Positions 26,333-35,225 of a stretch of 54,445 nt of DNA are shown piece by piece. The position numbers were made by a program, and so were the translations under genes. The notes below the pieces were generated by a model that searched no databases, was not told the origin of the DNA, and saw only the letters and a list, made by a program, of their open reading frames with translations. The first letter of the stretch is position 1; each line of letters opens with the position of its first letter. This stretch comes from a virus (Duplodnaviria; Caudoviricetes), in IMG/VR virus record IMGVR_UViG_3300011116_000620, positions 1 to 54,445 of that record; one strand, given 5' to 3'.

Positions 26333-26496
26333 GTGCTATTTTCACACTGCCTTGGACTCCAGATTTTGTCTCCCTTCCGATGCCCCTCCAGAAGTAGGTA
26401 TTCGTAAAATAAACCTCCGTATATCACCTCTGACTTTCCTGTATATTCAGCCAGATCGCCCTTCCAATAGATTTGATTGTCTTTTAAGTTGTTCAT
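26317..26496 (-). CDS. Hypothetical protein (59 aa, not in ORF track)
   Basis: AGGAGG SD; TAATG overlap with the upstream stop. Confidence 0.55.
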   Translation of the reverse strand: MNNLKDNQIYWKGDLAEYTGKSEVIYGGLFYEYLLLEGHRKGDKIWSPRQCENSTCQPA

Positions 26497-27305
26497 TAGG
26501 CTGTCACCTCCTTTTTGGCAAATAGATGGCCGTAGGTTGCCCGAAGGTCATCAACTTGAACATGACGAGCCTCGGTATTTTTCTTTGTTTTCGCACTGGC
26601 GATATAATTGAAAAGAGCATCGACCTGCCGTTCCGAAAGGTCTTCACCCCAAATAAGCTTATGGTGCAGTGACTCTGCAAATCCATCTTTACCATATCCA
26701 ACACCCAAAAGCCAATCTTTTCCAAGCTCAAGAATCTGATTAAACAGCTCTGGATCTTTGCGAACAAACCCATGATAAGTGCTCTGAGCCTTCTTTTCAA
26801 GGCTGTGGTAATAATAGGCAACGGCAGACAATTCTTGAATAAGGGGAATGCGATCTTGAACCTTGTTCTGAAAATCATTTGCAGTTTTTTCCCGATCATC
26901 GGAGCGAGCTTTCAGTTCGTCAGCAATCAAAGCCTTGGCAAGCTCAATCGTCTTTTTATATTTTGACCACCGACCAAGATTCTCACAGGCAAAAATAAAG
27001 TATCCCCTGTCCAGTTCCAGCACTTCTTGAATCGATTTGCCAGCGTATTTACCGTGTTGAAAGATCGACCAATCAATATTCTCGCCTCTGGTGATTTTAT
27101 CCAGATCAAAATCAATGGACAATTCAGCCGAATCGCCAACGATTGACTTGGCTTTGGCAATCGAGGTTTCCCTGTCGGCGGTGAGAGTGGCTACATGCTG
27201 GTCACGATCAACAGCATTATTGATGCCCACAACCTCGGTAAAAGAATGGCGAAGGGTGTAGAGCTTGTTGAGGCCTCCAGAACTGATGTAATATTTATTT
27301 TTCAT
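26496..27305 (-). CDS. Hypothetical early protein with F.HGKY.G motif
   Basis: FQHGKYAGKSIQEV..DRGY; apparently leaderless. Confidence 0.7.
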   Translation of the reverse strand: MKNKYYISSGGLNKLYTLRHSFTEVVGINNAVDRDQHVATLTADRETSIAKAKSIVGDSAELSIDFDLDKITRGENIDWSIFQHGKYAGKSIQEVLELDRGYFIFACENLGRWSKYKKTIELAKALIADELKARSDDREKTANDFQNKVQDRIPLIQELSAVAYYYHSLEKKAQSTYHGFVRKDPELFNQILELGKDWLLGVGYGKDGFAESLHHKLIWGEDLSERQVDALFNYIASAKTKKNTEARHVQVDDLRATYGHLFAKKEVTA

Positions 27306-27311
27306 GGTGCT

Positions 27312-27340
27312 ATCCTACTACATTCGAAGCTGGTTGGCAA
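27312..27340 (-). promoter_or_regulatory. Repeated promoter TTGCCA-N17-TAGGAT, ATG 6 nt downstream (leaderless)
   Basis: 17-bp spacer containing TTCGAAT. Confidence 0.85.
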
Positions 27341-27390
27341 GCATTATTTTAAGGCTTGCGTAAGGCATTGATGACACCATCCTTATCGGT

Positions 27391-27741
27391 ATGGGATCAA
27401 AGCTTGAGGCAAAGTTTCTGCTTTACTGGAGGGCATCCAACGGCACTTCCTTGGAGACGGAATATCGATTTTGCCCAGAGCGTAAATGGAGGGCTGACTT
27501 TGCCGATGTGAATGCCAAGTGCTTGTTTGAAATCGAGGGAGGTCAATGGATCATGGGTAGGCATCAGCGGGGATCTGGCTTTGCCAAGGATGCCGAAAAG
27601 TACAATGTGGCAAGCTATCTTGGGTGGAAAGTATTCCGTATCACGCCATCGATGCTGACCCTCGATTATGTGGAGGATTTGATTAGGATTTGCCGAGGGC
27701 TGGCCGTATCGAACAGGTTTATTTCTGGGAAGAAGATTTAA
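27391..27741 (+). CDS. Vsr/DUF559-like endonuclease
   Basis: EYRF.PERKWRADFA, EIEGG.W..GRH.RG.GF.KD.EKYN, GWKVFR. Confidence 0.8.
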   Translation: MGSKLEAKFLLYWRASNGTSLETEYRFCPERKWRADFADVNAKCLFEIEGGQWIMGRHQRGSGFAKDAEKYNVASYLGWKVFRITPSMLTLDYVEDLIRICRGLAVSNRFISGKKI

Positions 27742-27994
27742 GAAGCCGATAATGATCGATATATTTAATAAGCCCAGTTTTGCCAGAACTTTTGACTTTA
27801 AATTTTGCAACCTCAATCATTTTTGCTCTTTTCAGTCTTGTGATTGTTTTACTGGCTTGGTTTGGGCTAACTCCCATACTTCTTGCAATTTGATCTCTTG
27901 TTAAAAAGCCTTCTGGAACTTCGTCAATTTCAGTTGTCATTAGCTTTTTTAAAGCAATAACCCACTCGCTTTTATTGTCTCTTTTTATACTCAT
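27719..27994 (-). CDS. Small HTH protein
   Basis: VPEGFLTRDQIARSMGVS. Confidence 0.6.
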   Translation of the reverse strand: MSIKRDNKSEWVIALKKLMTTEIDEVPEGFLTRDQIARSMGVSPNQASKTITRLKRAKMIEVAKFKVKSSGKTGLIKYIDHYRLLKSSSQK

Positions 27995-28725
27995 ATGGTT
28001 CTAAAGTCTGTGCTGACTATCCATTCGCCAGATACTTTTCTGGCTTGATGGACGATGAATCCTCCGTTGTTCAGCAATAACCCATAGACAAATCCGTTTT
28101 CTTGGGCAAGCGAAGAAATTGTCGCCCGATTGTATTCGTAGTCCAGACGGCAAAGGCATCCAGCGATCCATCCCTGCCGAGGGGTCAAGCCCTCCACGGT
28201 TGCCTGTTGAATGGTGTGACAATGACCCATAATCACATTCTCTCCGTATCCCTGCAAGGTTTTGCGAATTGCCATAGCTCCGTGGGCATAGCCGTGAAGA
28301 AACAGCAATCTTCCCTCTCTATGAATTCCTTTTCGCTTGTCGTAGGGATACATGATAGTTCCCTGTCTTTTGCAAAGTTCTTCCAAGTCCTCCACGCCTT
28401 TTTGAGCCGCATCACGCTTCAACCCATCTTCTGCATCATTCCTTGCCAAGTCCCATAAACGCTCACAGTGATTTCCACGAAGCCATACATTAGGTTTCCA
28501 TTTTTTTAGAAACTCGGTTCCCATCGCCACATCGTCTGCGATGCTTTCAGCCTTTTCCGCATTACCAGCCTTTTTCCGCAAGCAACGAAAATCAAATAAG
28601 TCACCTCCAAAGATTTTTAAGTCTGGCTTAAAAAATTTGGTGAATTCGTGTAGTTTGGCAACAACCGCTTGGTCTGCCATGTCTCCGTGAAGATCAAACG
28701 AAGCGATGAATTTTCTATGCTTCAA
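27991..28725 (-). CDS. Calcineurin-like metallophosphoesterase
   Basis: DLHG, GGDLFD, GNH, HG, GHCH. Confidence 0.85.
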   Translation of the reverse strand: MKHRKFIASFDLHGDMADQAVVAKLHEFTKFFKPDLKIFGGDLFDFRCLRKKAGNAEKAESIADDVAMGTEFLKKWKPNVWLRGNHCERLWDLARNDAEDGLKRDAAQKGVEDLEELCKRQGTIMYPYDKRKGIHREGRLLFLHGYAHGAMAIRKTLQGYGENVIMGHCHTIQQATVEGLTPRQGWIAGCLCRLDYEYNRATISSLAQENGFVYGLLLNNGGFIVHQARKVSGEWIVSTDFRTI

Positions 28726-28741
28726 GCGTTTGAATCTCTTT

Positions 28742-29011
28742 TTATGTCAACAACTTTAGTATCTGCTTCCGTAAGTGGGTTGCGCTTTTGTTTGCTTTGG
28801 CATCTTGAACAAGCTTCATGGCTCTCTCGTAAAAAGTAAGGTAATAATTTGATAAGTCGAGTATTTCCTGCATGATCTCGCCCATCAAAGGCTTCTCCTC
28901 AATCTTTGTTTGATACTTGGTATAGCCCTTTATGTACTTGTCATACATTAACTTCTGCATTGTTTTAGACAATTTTTGACCGTGAACAATGCGATCCTTG
29001 GGTATTCTCAT
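28742..29011 (-). CDS. Hypothetical protein, possibly all-alpha NTP pyrophosphatase-like
   Basis: KY.KG..KY..EI.QEILDL.NY. Confidence 0.45.
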   Translation of the reverse strand: MRIPKDRIVHGQKLSKTMQKLMYDKYIKGYTKYQTKIEEKPLMGEIMQEILDLSNYYLTFYERAMKLVQDAKANKSATHLRKQILKLLT

Positions 29012-29499
29012 CGAAGTCCTCTCCCGCCAACACCTCTTCCAGTGGCCTTTTTTGGCTCTACAATAGGGCTAGAAAGCGTCTTTGGTGCGTTCTGAGGGAA
29101 AGCCCCTGCAAGCTCATGCCAGTCCGCATAATTGGCATCCTCAAGATGGGGTAGCTCCCAAGATATAGCACGGAGTCCAAACTCCTTGGCAATTTTTTGA
29201 GCCTTCAAATATGTCGCCGTATCGTCCCACGCCGTATTGCCGTCTCTGACTGGAACAAAATCTATTGCCCTTGCGTAATTATGAAAGCTTTGACCTCCCC
29301 TTGCATTTGTGACGATCTTTTTTCCATCACCCCTGCCGATGGCATAAAGGTTGTTTTGATCTTCATTTGACCGATACCCGCAATAAACAAGTAACTTTAA
29401 TCCTTCTGACTTACACTCCTCGTACCAGCGAATAACTCTTTCCCGAAAATCTGGCTGAAGTCCCTCGAAGGTTTTGTAACTTCGCTCTTCGTGACTCAT
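29008..29499 (-). CDS. Endolysin, M15 L-Ala-D-Glu peptidase
   Basis: GYRS..DQ..LY..GR, VTNARGGQSFHNY..AID, WELPHLE. Confidence 0.9.
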   Translation of the reverse strand: MSHEERSYKTFEGLQPDFRERVIRWYEECKSEGLKLLVYCGYRSNEDQNNLYAIGRGDGKKIVTNARGGQSFHNYARAIDFVPVRDGNTAWDDTATYLKAQKIAKEFGLRAISWELPHLEDANYADWHELAGAFPQNAPKTLSSPIVEPKKATGRGVGGRGLR

Positions 29500-29756
29500 T
29501 TATTGCGTTCTAGGTTTAATTGATACTCAAGTTCGTTGATGGTTTTAAGGGCATCTTTCGCCCATCCACGCACCTCATCGTTACTGTTCATCACGGCTTT
29601 GAAGCGATAGTCGGTTGTATAATACCCGACTATATCATTTGGAACAAATTCGGTGCTGGTACTAGCGCATCCACCAAGGATTGCCATCACGACCAGAGAA
29701 CAGGCGGTCAATCCGAGCATTGTTTTCATCACGCCTTTTTCTGATCTCGGAGTCAT
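29496..29756 (-). CDS. Lipoprotein, probable o-spanin
   Basis: Lipobox LGGC; overlaps the upstream membrane-anchored ORF. Confidence 0.65.
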   Translation of the reverse strand: MTPRSEKGVMKTMLGLTACSLVVMAILGGCASTSTEFVPNDIVGYYTTDYRFKAVMNSNDEVRGWAKDALKTINELEYQLNLERNK

Positions 29757-29823
29757 TTTGATCTTTCTTTGTCGGGATTAGCCGAAGAAGCAGATCAATT
29801 AAAGCTCCGATAAGACGAATCAC
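29662..29823 (-). CDS. Probable i-spanin (53 aa, GTG start)
   Basis: GTGA overlap with the holin stop; MIRLIGALIDLLLRLIP then a charged helix. Confidence 0.5.
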   Translation of the reverse strand: MIRLIGALIDLLLRLIPTKKDQNDSEIRKRRDENNARIDRLFSGRDGNPWWMR

Positions 29824-29999
29824 TTGTCGCCAATATGCAAGCCAAGCGTTTTTAGGACAGACACAATCTTTTCCAAGAAGCTGTCATCCGCAGGACTGGG
29901 GGTCAATTTCACGATTACCCTAGCCAGCATGACCACGGCTCCAGCCACAGCAACGATAGAGGCAAAATTAGCAGTTACCCAAGATATAATGTTATTCAT
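29820..29999 (-). CDS. Holin-like membrane protein (59 aa)
   Basis: TM helix followed by LTPSPADD; first gene of the lysis cassette. Confidence 0.65.
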   Translation of the reverse strand: MNNIISWVTANFASIVAVAGAVVMLARVIVKLTPSPADDSFLEKIVSVLKTLGLHIGDK

Positions 30000-30041
30000 A
30001 TAGCTGTTTATAGTGTCAATAATTGAAGAAACAAGATATTT

Positions 30042-31076
30042 TTATTCGTTGAAGTTTATATACTTCCGTGGAGTCCATCTAATATGACCAGCGCATTCTC
30101 CCCCAAGCTCATGCTGGGCATGATGAATTTCAATGCTGTCCGTTCTGAACCCTTTTTCATCAACCTTTCTTTTTACATGATGACATAAAACATGGGGGGT
30201 TACGCACATTTTTAACCCTGCTGGATTCCATCTGTGCCAACAAAGAAATAAATCTTGAGTTCCCTTTAGCTCGTATCCCTCGAAAGTAGCCAAAGATAAA
30301 GCCCTTTTGTTCATCATGGTGCATCCAAGCCCAACCCAATCCGTAGGAAGAATTGCACCACGACCAATAGCGGGGTAGGCCGACTCCATCCATCCACGCC
30401 TTTTCCAGCCTTTTGACTGAAGTTCAAATATGTTTCCCTTGGGTGGGCATTTTTTTATTTCCTTGTCCAAATCACCCCATTTTTTCATTTGCTCTTCAGA
30501 TGCCTTTTCTTTGTTGTCTTTTAATTTTTCAATCTCTTTCAGCCTTTCCTTTACTCTTTTCTTTAGATCGTCCGTAAGCTCTCTTTCGTCCTCGGTTGCA
30601 TCTTCGCATATTGGATGCTGGGGAGTTCCCCTTCCTCCCAAAAACTGCCCATTCGGGTAGGTAATCATGGCAATATCATAGTATGACTCATCAAAATCAA
30701 GACACTGCAAAAGGAGTTTTAACGAGGATGGAGGAACCAAAACATCGCTTTCAATAGACCAAAAATAGTCAGATCCAATATCCCTAGCCATTGAAAATGC
30801 TTTTTGCTGTATTTTGGCTATGATTAACTGAGCATCATCTTTGTATGCCTCTTGGTTGTCTTTAACATTGTCCGTCACCACACTCAAGCACTCCCATCCC
30901 CTACGCTCAACCCTTTGTTTGATCGCCAAAACCTTGTCGGAGCATTCTTGAGAGGAATCCGTGCTGACTATAAGGGAACCAGAAAAACCGTCAATCGATG
31001 CCAAAAAATGCTCCAACCAAGAGTCAATCGAGTAGCACCAGCCCTTTGTGAAAAATGTGGATGCAGTTATTTTCAT
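30042..31076 (-). CDS. Glycosyltransferase (GT-A fold)
   Basis: YFWSIESDV, DWVGLGCTMM, QDLF, CHH; sigma70 promoter TTGACT-N16-TATAAA 6 nt before ATG. Confidence 0.7.
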   Translation of the reverse strand: MKITASTFFTKGWCYSIDSWLEHFLASIDGFSGSLIVSTDSSQECSDKVLAIKQRVERRGWECLSVVTDNVKDNQEAYKDDAQLIIAKIQQKAFSMARDIGSDYFWSIESDVLVPPSSLKLLLQCLDFDESYYDIAMITYPNGQFLGGRGTPQHPICEDATEDERELTDDLKKRVKERLKEIEKLKDNKEKASEEQMKKWGDLDKEIKKCPPKGNIFELQSKGWKRRGWMESAYPAIGRGAILPTDWVGLGCTMMNKRALSLATFEGYELKGTQDLFLCWHRWNPAGLKMCVTPHVLCHHVKRKVDEKGFRTDSIEIHHAQHELGGECAGHIRWTPRKYINFNE

Positions 31077-31110
31077 TTTGCCTTTATACAAAGGCCGAAA
31101 ATTAAGTCAA

Positions 31111-33111
31111 TTAAATTTGGAAAATTGATCCAAAGTCTTGAATGTAAATTTCCCTAGTAAAAATATAATTGCTATTTCCGTAGCTGTCAAAAACATCATA
31201 TTGACCATCCCAAGAGCTGTATGCTCGACTGTTTCTTACTGCAAATGTTTTTATTGACGAGTCCTTGATATATGTGGATCCTAGAGATGTGTAGGCATTT
31301 ATAAGCTTTCCGCTTAAATTGTAGTTTGCGGTAGTAAATAAACCATTTGAATAATATACCTCAGAAGCATTTATGGGATGCTGTGGCTGATATGGAACAT
31401 AGTAAATACCGAGCGTGAGAGAGGTGTTTGCAACGTATGATGGCAAAAAATATGCTGGTATATAGTTATCCACGAAAGTTCTTGCGGTAAGCATTACGGA
31501 AGATGCTTGTCCTGTAAAAGAAATTGCACAGCTTCTTGTAATGAAATCCCTTGTAGTTGTAGATGTGGTAAATGGGTGAGTTCCTATAAATGAGGTTGTT
31601 GTATAACTTACGCTTTGATATGCGTTTGTTGTTCCAATCGCTCCACTTGTGCTTTGATTTATTGTAACACTTGTTATTGATGAAATTTGCCTATCTTGGC
31701 TGGATGTTACCGTGCCAATAAATACGGACATATAAAGGGGACAGGCATTGTTTCCAGAAACCGTATCTTCTGATGGGCCGTAAAGATTTGCCGCCATTGA
31801 TTCTTTTGCTTGAACCACTGCAACAATAATATTTGACACTGCATCTGGCGAATAATTATTATAAACGATTGAAAATGGAACTGAATTTACAAAATTTCCA
31901 TAAGTTGCTTCTTCTGTATAAAATGTTTGCCTTGTTGGAATTTCTGCTCGATTGATTCCCTTTTGGTAATAAATTGGATAGCTTAAATCACCGCTTTGAG
32001 TTATAAAATTAAACACTGAATAGTATGAATCAGAAGTAAGGGTAGTTGTCATCACTGATAAGGATGAAACAACAAAGCTTTCGCTTGGATGAAAAGCCTC
32101 GTAATAATACTCCATAGACGACACTGTTGTTATATACTGTCTAAAAGACGTGGAAGAGCTTGATGCTCCAGCCAAAGATGTTGCATAACTATTGCCAAGA
32201 GCAGAGGTGTATTCACCAGTTGTTTCGTATGCGTATGAAGAACTATATTCTGCCGTAATTGTCGATGAGGTGAGATAGCCATATAGAAATTTGTTGCTCT
32301 CAAATGCTGAAACCAAATCCAAATAAAAAGAAGTCCAAGTTGAAGTGGATAATAAATATGAAATAGAGTCGTAAGTAAGCGTATATGTGACTGGTTGCTC
32401 TCCAGAATAAGACCCAGCATCCAGTGTCGCAAGAATATCACTGGTGGAAAAGGAAAAAAATCCATCCTGCATTAAAAGCACATCATAATCCGAGTAATAT
32501 ATGTTTGCATGAGTCTGCGTGGTTATTGCAAGCAATAATTGAGAATTATCTGTTCCAATGCATTCTATATTGTAAGTATAAGACGCATTATTTCCCGTTC
32601 TTTTATATAAAAATGAAGATGTTGTTTTTATGTTGGAATATGTATCAAGCTCTGTTGTTGAATATATATATCCGTAGGTTAAAGTGCTATTGGAAAATGG
32701 AATATATGTTGTATATGTTGCTCCATCGGAAGATGTTTCCGAGTAAGTTACGGTTGATGTAATCTCAGAAGAGGATGTTGTTCTTTTCTCGTATTCTAGT
32801 GTTGTGTATGTTTGAGCTTTAAGAACATAGGAGGGACGAGATTCTGTGTATGTGTACGAGGTTTGCGCCGCTGGATATGTTGTCCGAGATATTGTAATTG
32901 GATCTCCACCAGATGCGTTAGTTGCCTCTGTATATGAACTCCATGCCGTTGTTGTGGATGTTCCAGTTGAAACTGCAACTGTTCCCAATGTTGATCCCAT
33001 AGAAGAGTAGTATCCACTTCTATTTGTGTAGCTTGAACCGCCAGTTATCGAAAATAATTCATCCGTATAATAGCTTGGTTCTACATCAGCAAGATAGGAA
33101 ACATATGGCAT
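31111..33111 (-). CDS. Ser/Thr/Tyr-rich tail protein (666 aa), possible receptor-binding or fibre protein
   Basis: Very S/T/Y-rich; last gene of the tail operon; ATG 2 nt after the upstream stop. Confidence 0.6.
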   Translation of the reverse strand: MPYVSYLADVEPSYYTDELFSITGGSSYTNRSGYYSSMGSTLGTVAVSTGTSTTTAWSSYTEATNASGGDPITISRTTYPAAQTSYTYTESRPSYVLKAQTYTTLEYEKRTTSSSEITSTVTYSETSSDGATYTTYIPFSNSTLTYGYIYSTTELDTYSNIKTTSSFLYKRTGNNASYTYNIECIGTDNSQLLLAITTQTHANIYYSDYDVLLMQDGFFSFSTSDILATLDAGSYSGEQPVTYTLTYDSISYLLSTSTWTSFYLDLVSAFESNKFLYGYLTSSTITAEYSSSYAYETTGEYTSALGNSYATSLAGASSSSTSFRQYITTVSSMEYYYEAFHPSESFVVSSLSVMTTTLTSDSYYSVFNFITQSGDLSYPIYYQKGINRAEIPTRQTFYTEEATYGNFVNSVPFSIVYNNYSPDAVSNIIVAVVQAKESMAANLYGPSEDTVSGNNACPLYMSVFIGTVTSSQDRQISSITSVTINQSTSGAIGTTNAYQSVSYTTTSFIGTHPFTTSTTTRDFITRSCAISFTGQASSVMLTARTFVDNYIPAYFLPSYVANTSLTLGIYYVPYQPQHPINASEVYYSNGLFTTANYNLSGKLINAYTSLGSTYIKDSSIKTFAVRNSRAYSSWDGQYDVFDSYGNSNYIFTREIYIQDFGSIFQI

Positions 33112-33112
33112 T

Positions 33113-33727
33113 TTAAAAGTACCAGTTGTACCATTGGGTATAGTTTCTTTCGCCAGCCACATAGGCTGGAGAATCTTCCTGTATTGATGGAACAATTCTT
33201 GCCTGTATATTTCCGCATGGAAGTGTTCGTGTTGCAACTCCAGCGGTAGTTACAAATGCTATTAAAATATTAAAGAGTGTTGGAGCCGCATCCTGAGTTG
33301 CCTGTTGTGGTTGCCTCGGAGTTGTATCGCTTTCAATTTCTGCCGTTGTTATTACCTTGCCGTCCGTTGTGCATTTTAAATAAAAATAATGCGGAGATGA
33401 GGTTGGAACATTTATTGTAGAAAGCATATTTGATGGAATTGCTCCATTGATTGTGCCAATTCTAAAGGAGACATCAAAACTATTTCCTGTTACAGTTACC
33501 ACTGGATCAAATGGACACGTTTGAGCAGATGCCGTTGTTGCTGTTTGTTGTGTGTTTCGGGAGTCGATTGAAATTGTCGTTCCACCCGGACCTCTTTTAA
33601 ATGTTGCAGATGTTCCACCAGATCCAACCACGGCATTGATTTGACACTCACGAATTGTGTCAATAAGACTGTTAAATAATTCAGCCGTGATTGGCTGGCC
33701 TTTTTGAACTTTGCTTAGAATTGGCAT
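33113..33727 (-). CDS. Tail-tip protein
   Basis: GQPITAELFN, GPGGTTI, CPF, GTING; position after tape measure. Confidence 0.6.
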   Translation of the reverse strand: MPILSKVQKGQPITAELFNSLIDTIRECQINAVVGSGGTSATFKRGPGGTTISIDSRNTQQTATTASAQTCPFDPVVTVTGNSFDVSFRIGTINGAIPSNMLSTINVPTSSPHYFYLKCTTDGKVITTAEIESDTTPRQPQQATQDAAPTLFNILIAFVTTAGVATRTLPCGNIQARIVPSIQEDSPAYVAGERNYTQWYNWYF

Positions 33728-33731
33728 AAAA

Positions 33732-34472
33732 TTATGAAATTGGAGGTGCGGCTACACCACCGCCATAAATATAGGTATTCCACCCATTTCTTCCAGATGC
33801 ACGAAATTCGTGTGTAACATCATATACTGATCCTCTTTTTTGATAAGTAATACCAAGACACAACCAAGTTGCGCCAGACAGCACGGCAGGAAAGTCAGCG
33901 GTTGGAGACACAATTCTTCCAACGGCAGAAAGGGATGGCTTTGTTGAGGTTGTGAACGATCTTCGATAAACCAGATTTGGATTTAAATATGATGTCACAC
34001 CAAACAAATTATATTTTGCATCTTTTCTAAAGTACAAAAATCCACCGTCTGAATCAAACAGAGCACCGCCTGTTCCGACAACAACTCCGTCAAGACCAAG
34101 GGTTGCCCTTCCTCCAGATAATTGTACAATGCTTGGACTAGCGTCTTGTGATACATTGAAATTTCTATTGGATGCTATTGGTTCCTCGCCAGTCGAATTG
34201 GAGCCATCTTGTTGAAGTGTGCTTGTTCCTCCGTCTCCTTGATAGGTTACAACAAATTCAGAAAATCCATTGTTTGTTTTTGTTGCATTTACGGCAACAG
34301 CTCTCAAGGTTCGACCATTTAGACCTATTGTATCTCCCAAACTTGGAGTTGTGACAGTTACGCTTAATGGAAATATTGATTTTACAGTATAATTTACCAG
34401 ACCAAACTTATCCTGCTCATAAGACGTTTCTGTTGTAAATTGAGCCTCCAGCCCGATGTATGTGGTTCCCAT
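33732..34472 (-). CDS. Tail-tip protein, paralogue B
   Basis: EEPIAS, GGA.FD..GGFL.F, FGV.S.L.P..YRR, GWN..IY shared with 34473-35222. Confidence 0.65.
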   Translation of the reverse strand: MGTTYIGLEAQFTTETSYEQDKFGLVNYTVKSIFPLSVTVTTPSLGDTIGLNGRTLRAVAVNATKTNNGFSEFVVTYQGDGGTSTLQQDGSNSTGEEPIASNRNFNVSQDASPSIVQLSGGRATLGLDGVVVGTGGALFDSDGGFLYFRKDAKYNLFGVTSYLNPNLVYRRSFTTSTKPSLSAVGRIVSPTADFPAVLSGATWLCLGITYQKRGSVYDVTHEFRASGRNGWNTYIYGGGVAAPPIS

Positions 34473-35222
34473 TTAATTAGATGTATAGTAAATGGCATTA
34501 TTCCAGCCTTTGGGGCCACTTGACTTGTACTCCTCCGTTATTTCATATTGTCCAACAGCATTTTTTTGATTGCCATTGTTTTTCCAATTTACAGATGCTA
34601 AAATCCAGTTTCTTCCAGACGGTATAACTGGAGGATCTCCAGCGGGAGATGAAAATATTGTTCCAACGGCTTGCGTAAGACCTGCACTTGGAGCACTTCC
34701 AGCGGAATAAATTCTTCGATATGAAACCTGTGGAGAAAGAAAACTTTGCACTCCAAAAAAATTGTTTGTAGCGTTATTGTTGAATCTCAAGAAACCTCCA
34801 GACTCATCAAATACAGCACCCCCGCCAGTAGCGGCAGTAGTGCTTCCACTTGTAACAGCACCACCAGCCGCAGACACAATAGAGGTTGAATAAATTCCAA
34901 ACCCTCCAGCCGTAAATGCTGGATGAGATGCAATCGGCTCCTCCGATACGCTTGCAACAACTTCATATACTTCTGGGGCAGACGAGTCTCCAGCCGTGTA
35001 GGTATGGGTAACTTCAGCTAGTGCATTTTTTTGACTTATTGATATGTTTGTCAGGGCAAACAATTTTCCAGCATATGAGAGTGTTCCCCCAACGGTTCCT
35101 GTTGTTACATTGTCTGCACGATAAACATTTGTGACAATGTATTCAATTTTACCCTTGTCAAAATATCTTGTTTCTTCCCTTATTTTTACTGGGAAAGAGC
35201 CTTTGAATTGAGGAGTAGGCAT
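34473..35222 (-). CDS. Tail-tip protein, paralogue A
   Basis: Follows tape measure; motifs shared with the next gene. Confidence 0.65.
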   Translation of the reverse strand: MPTPQFKGSFPVKIREETRYFDKGKIEYIVTNVYRADNVTTGTVGGTLSYAGKLFALTNISISQKNALAEVTHTYTAGDSSAPEVYEVVASVSEEPIASHPAFTAGGFGIYSTSIVSAAGGAVTSGSTTAATGGGAVFDESGGFLRFNNNATNNFFGVQSFLSPQVSYRRIYSAGSAPSAGLTQAVGTIFSSPAGDPPVIPSGRNWILASVNWKNNGNQKNAVGQYEITEEYKSSGPKGWNNAIYYTSN

Positions 35223-35225
35223 ACA

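Noticed and set aside
31111-33237. Track start at 33237 for the S/T-rich protein
   Set aside because: It would overlap the upstream gene by about 125 nt; the ATG at 33111 directly follows the upstream stop
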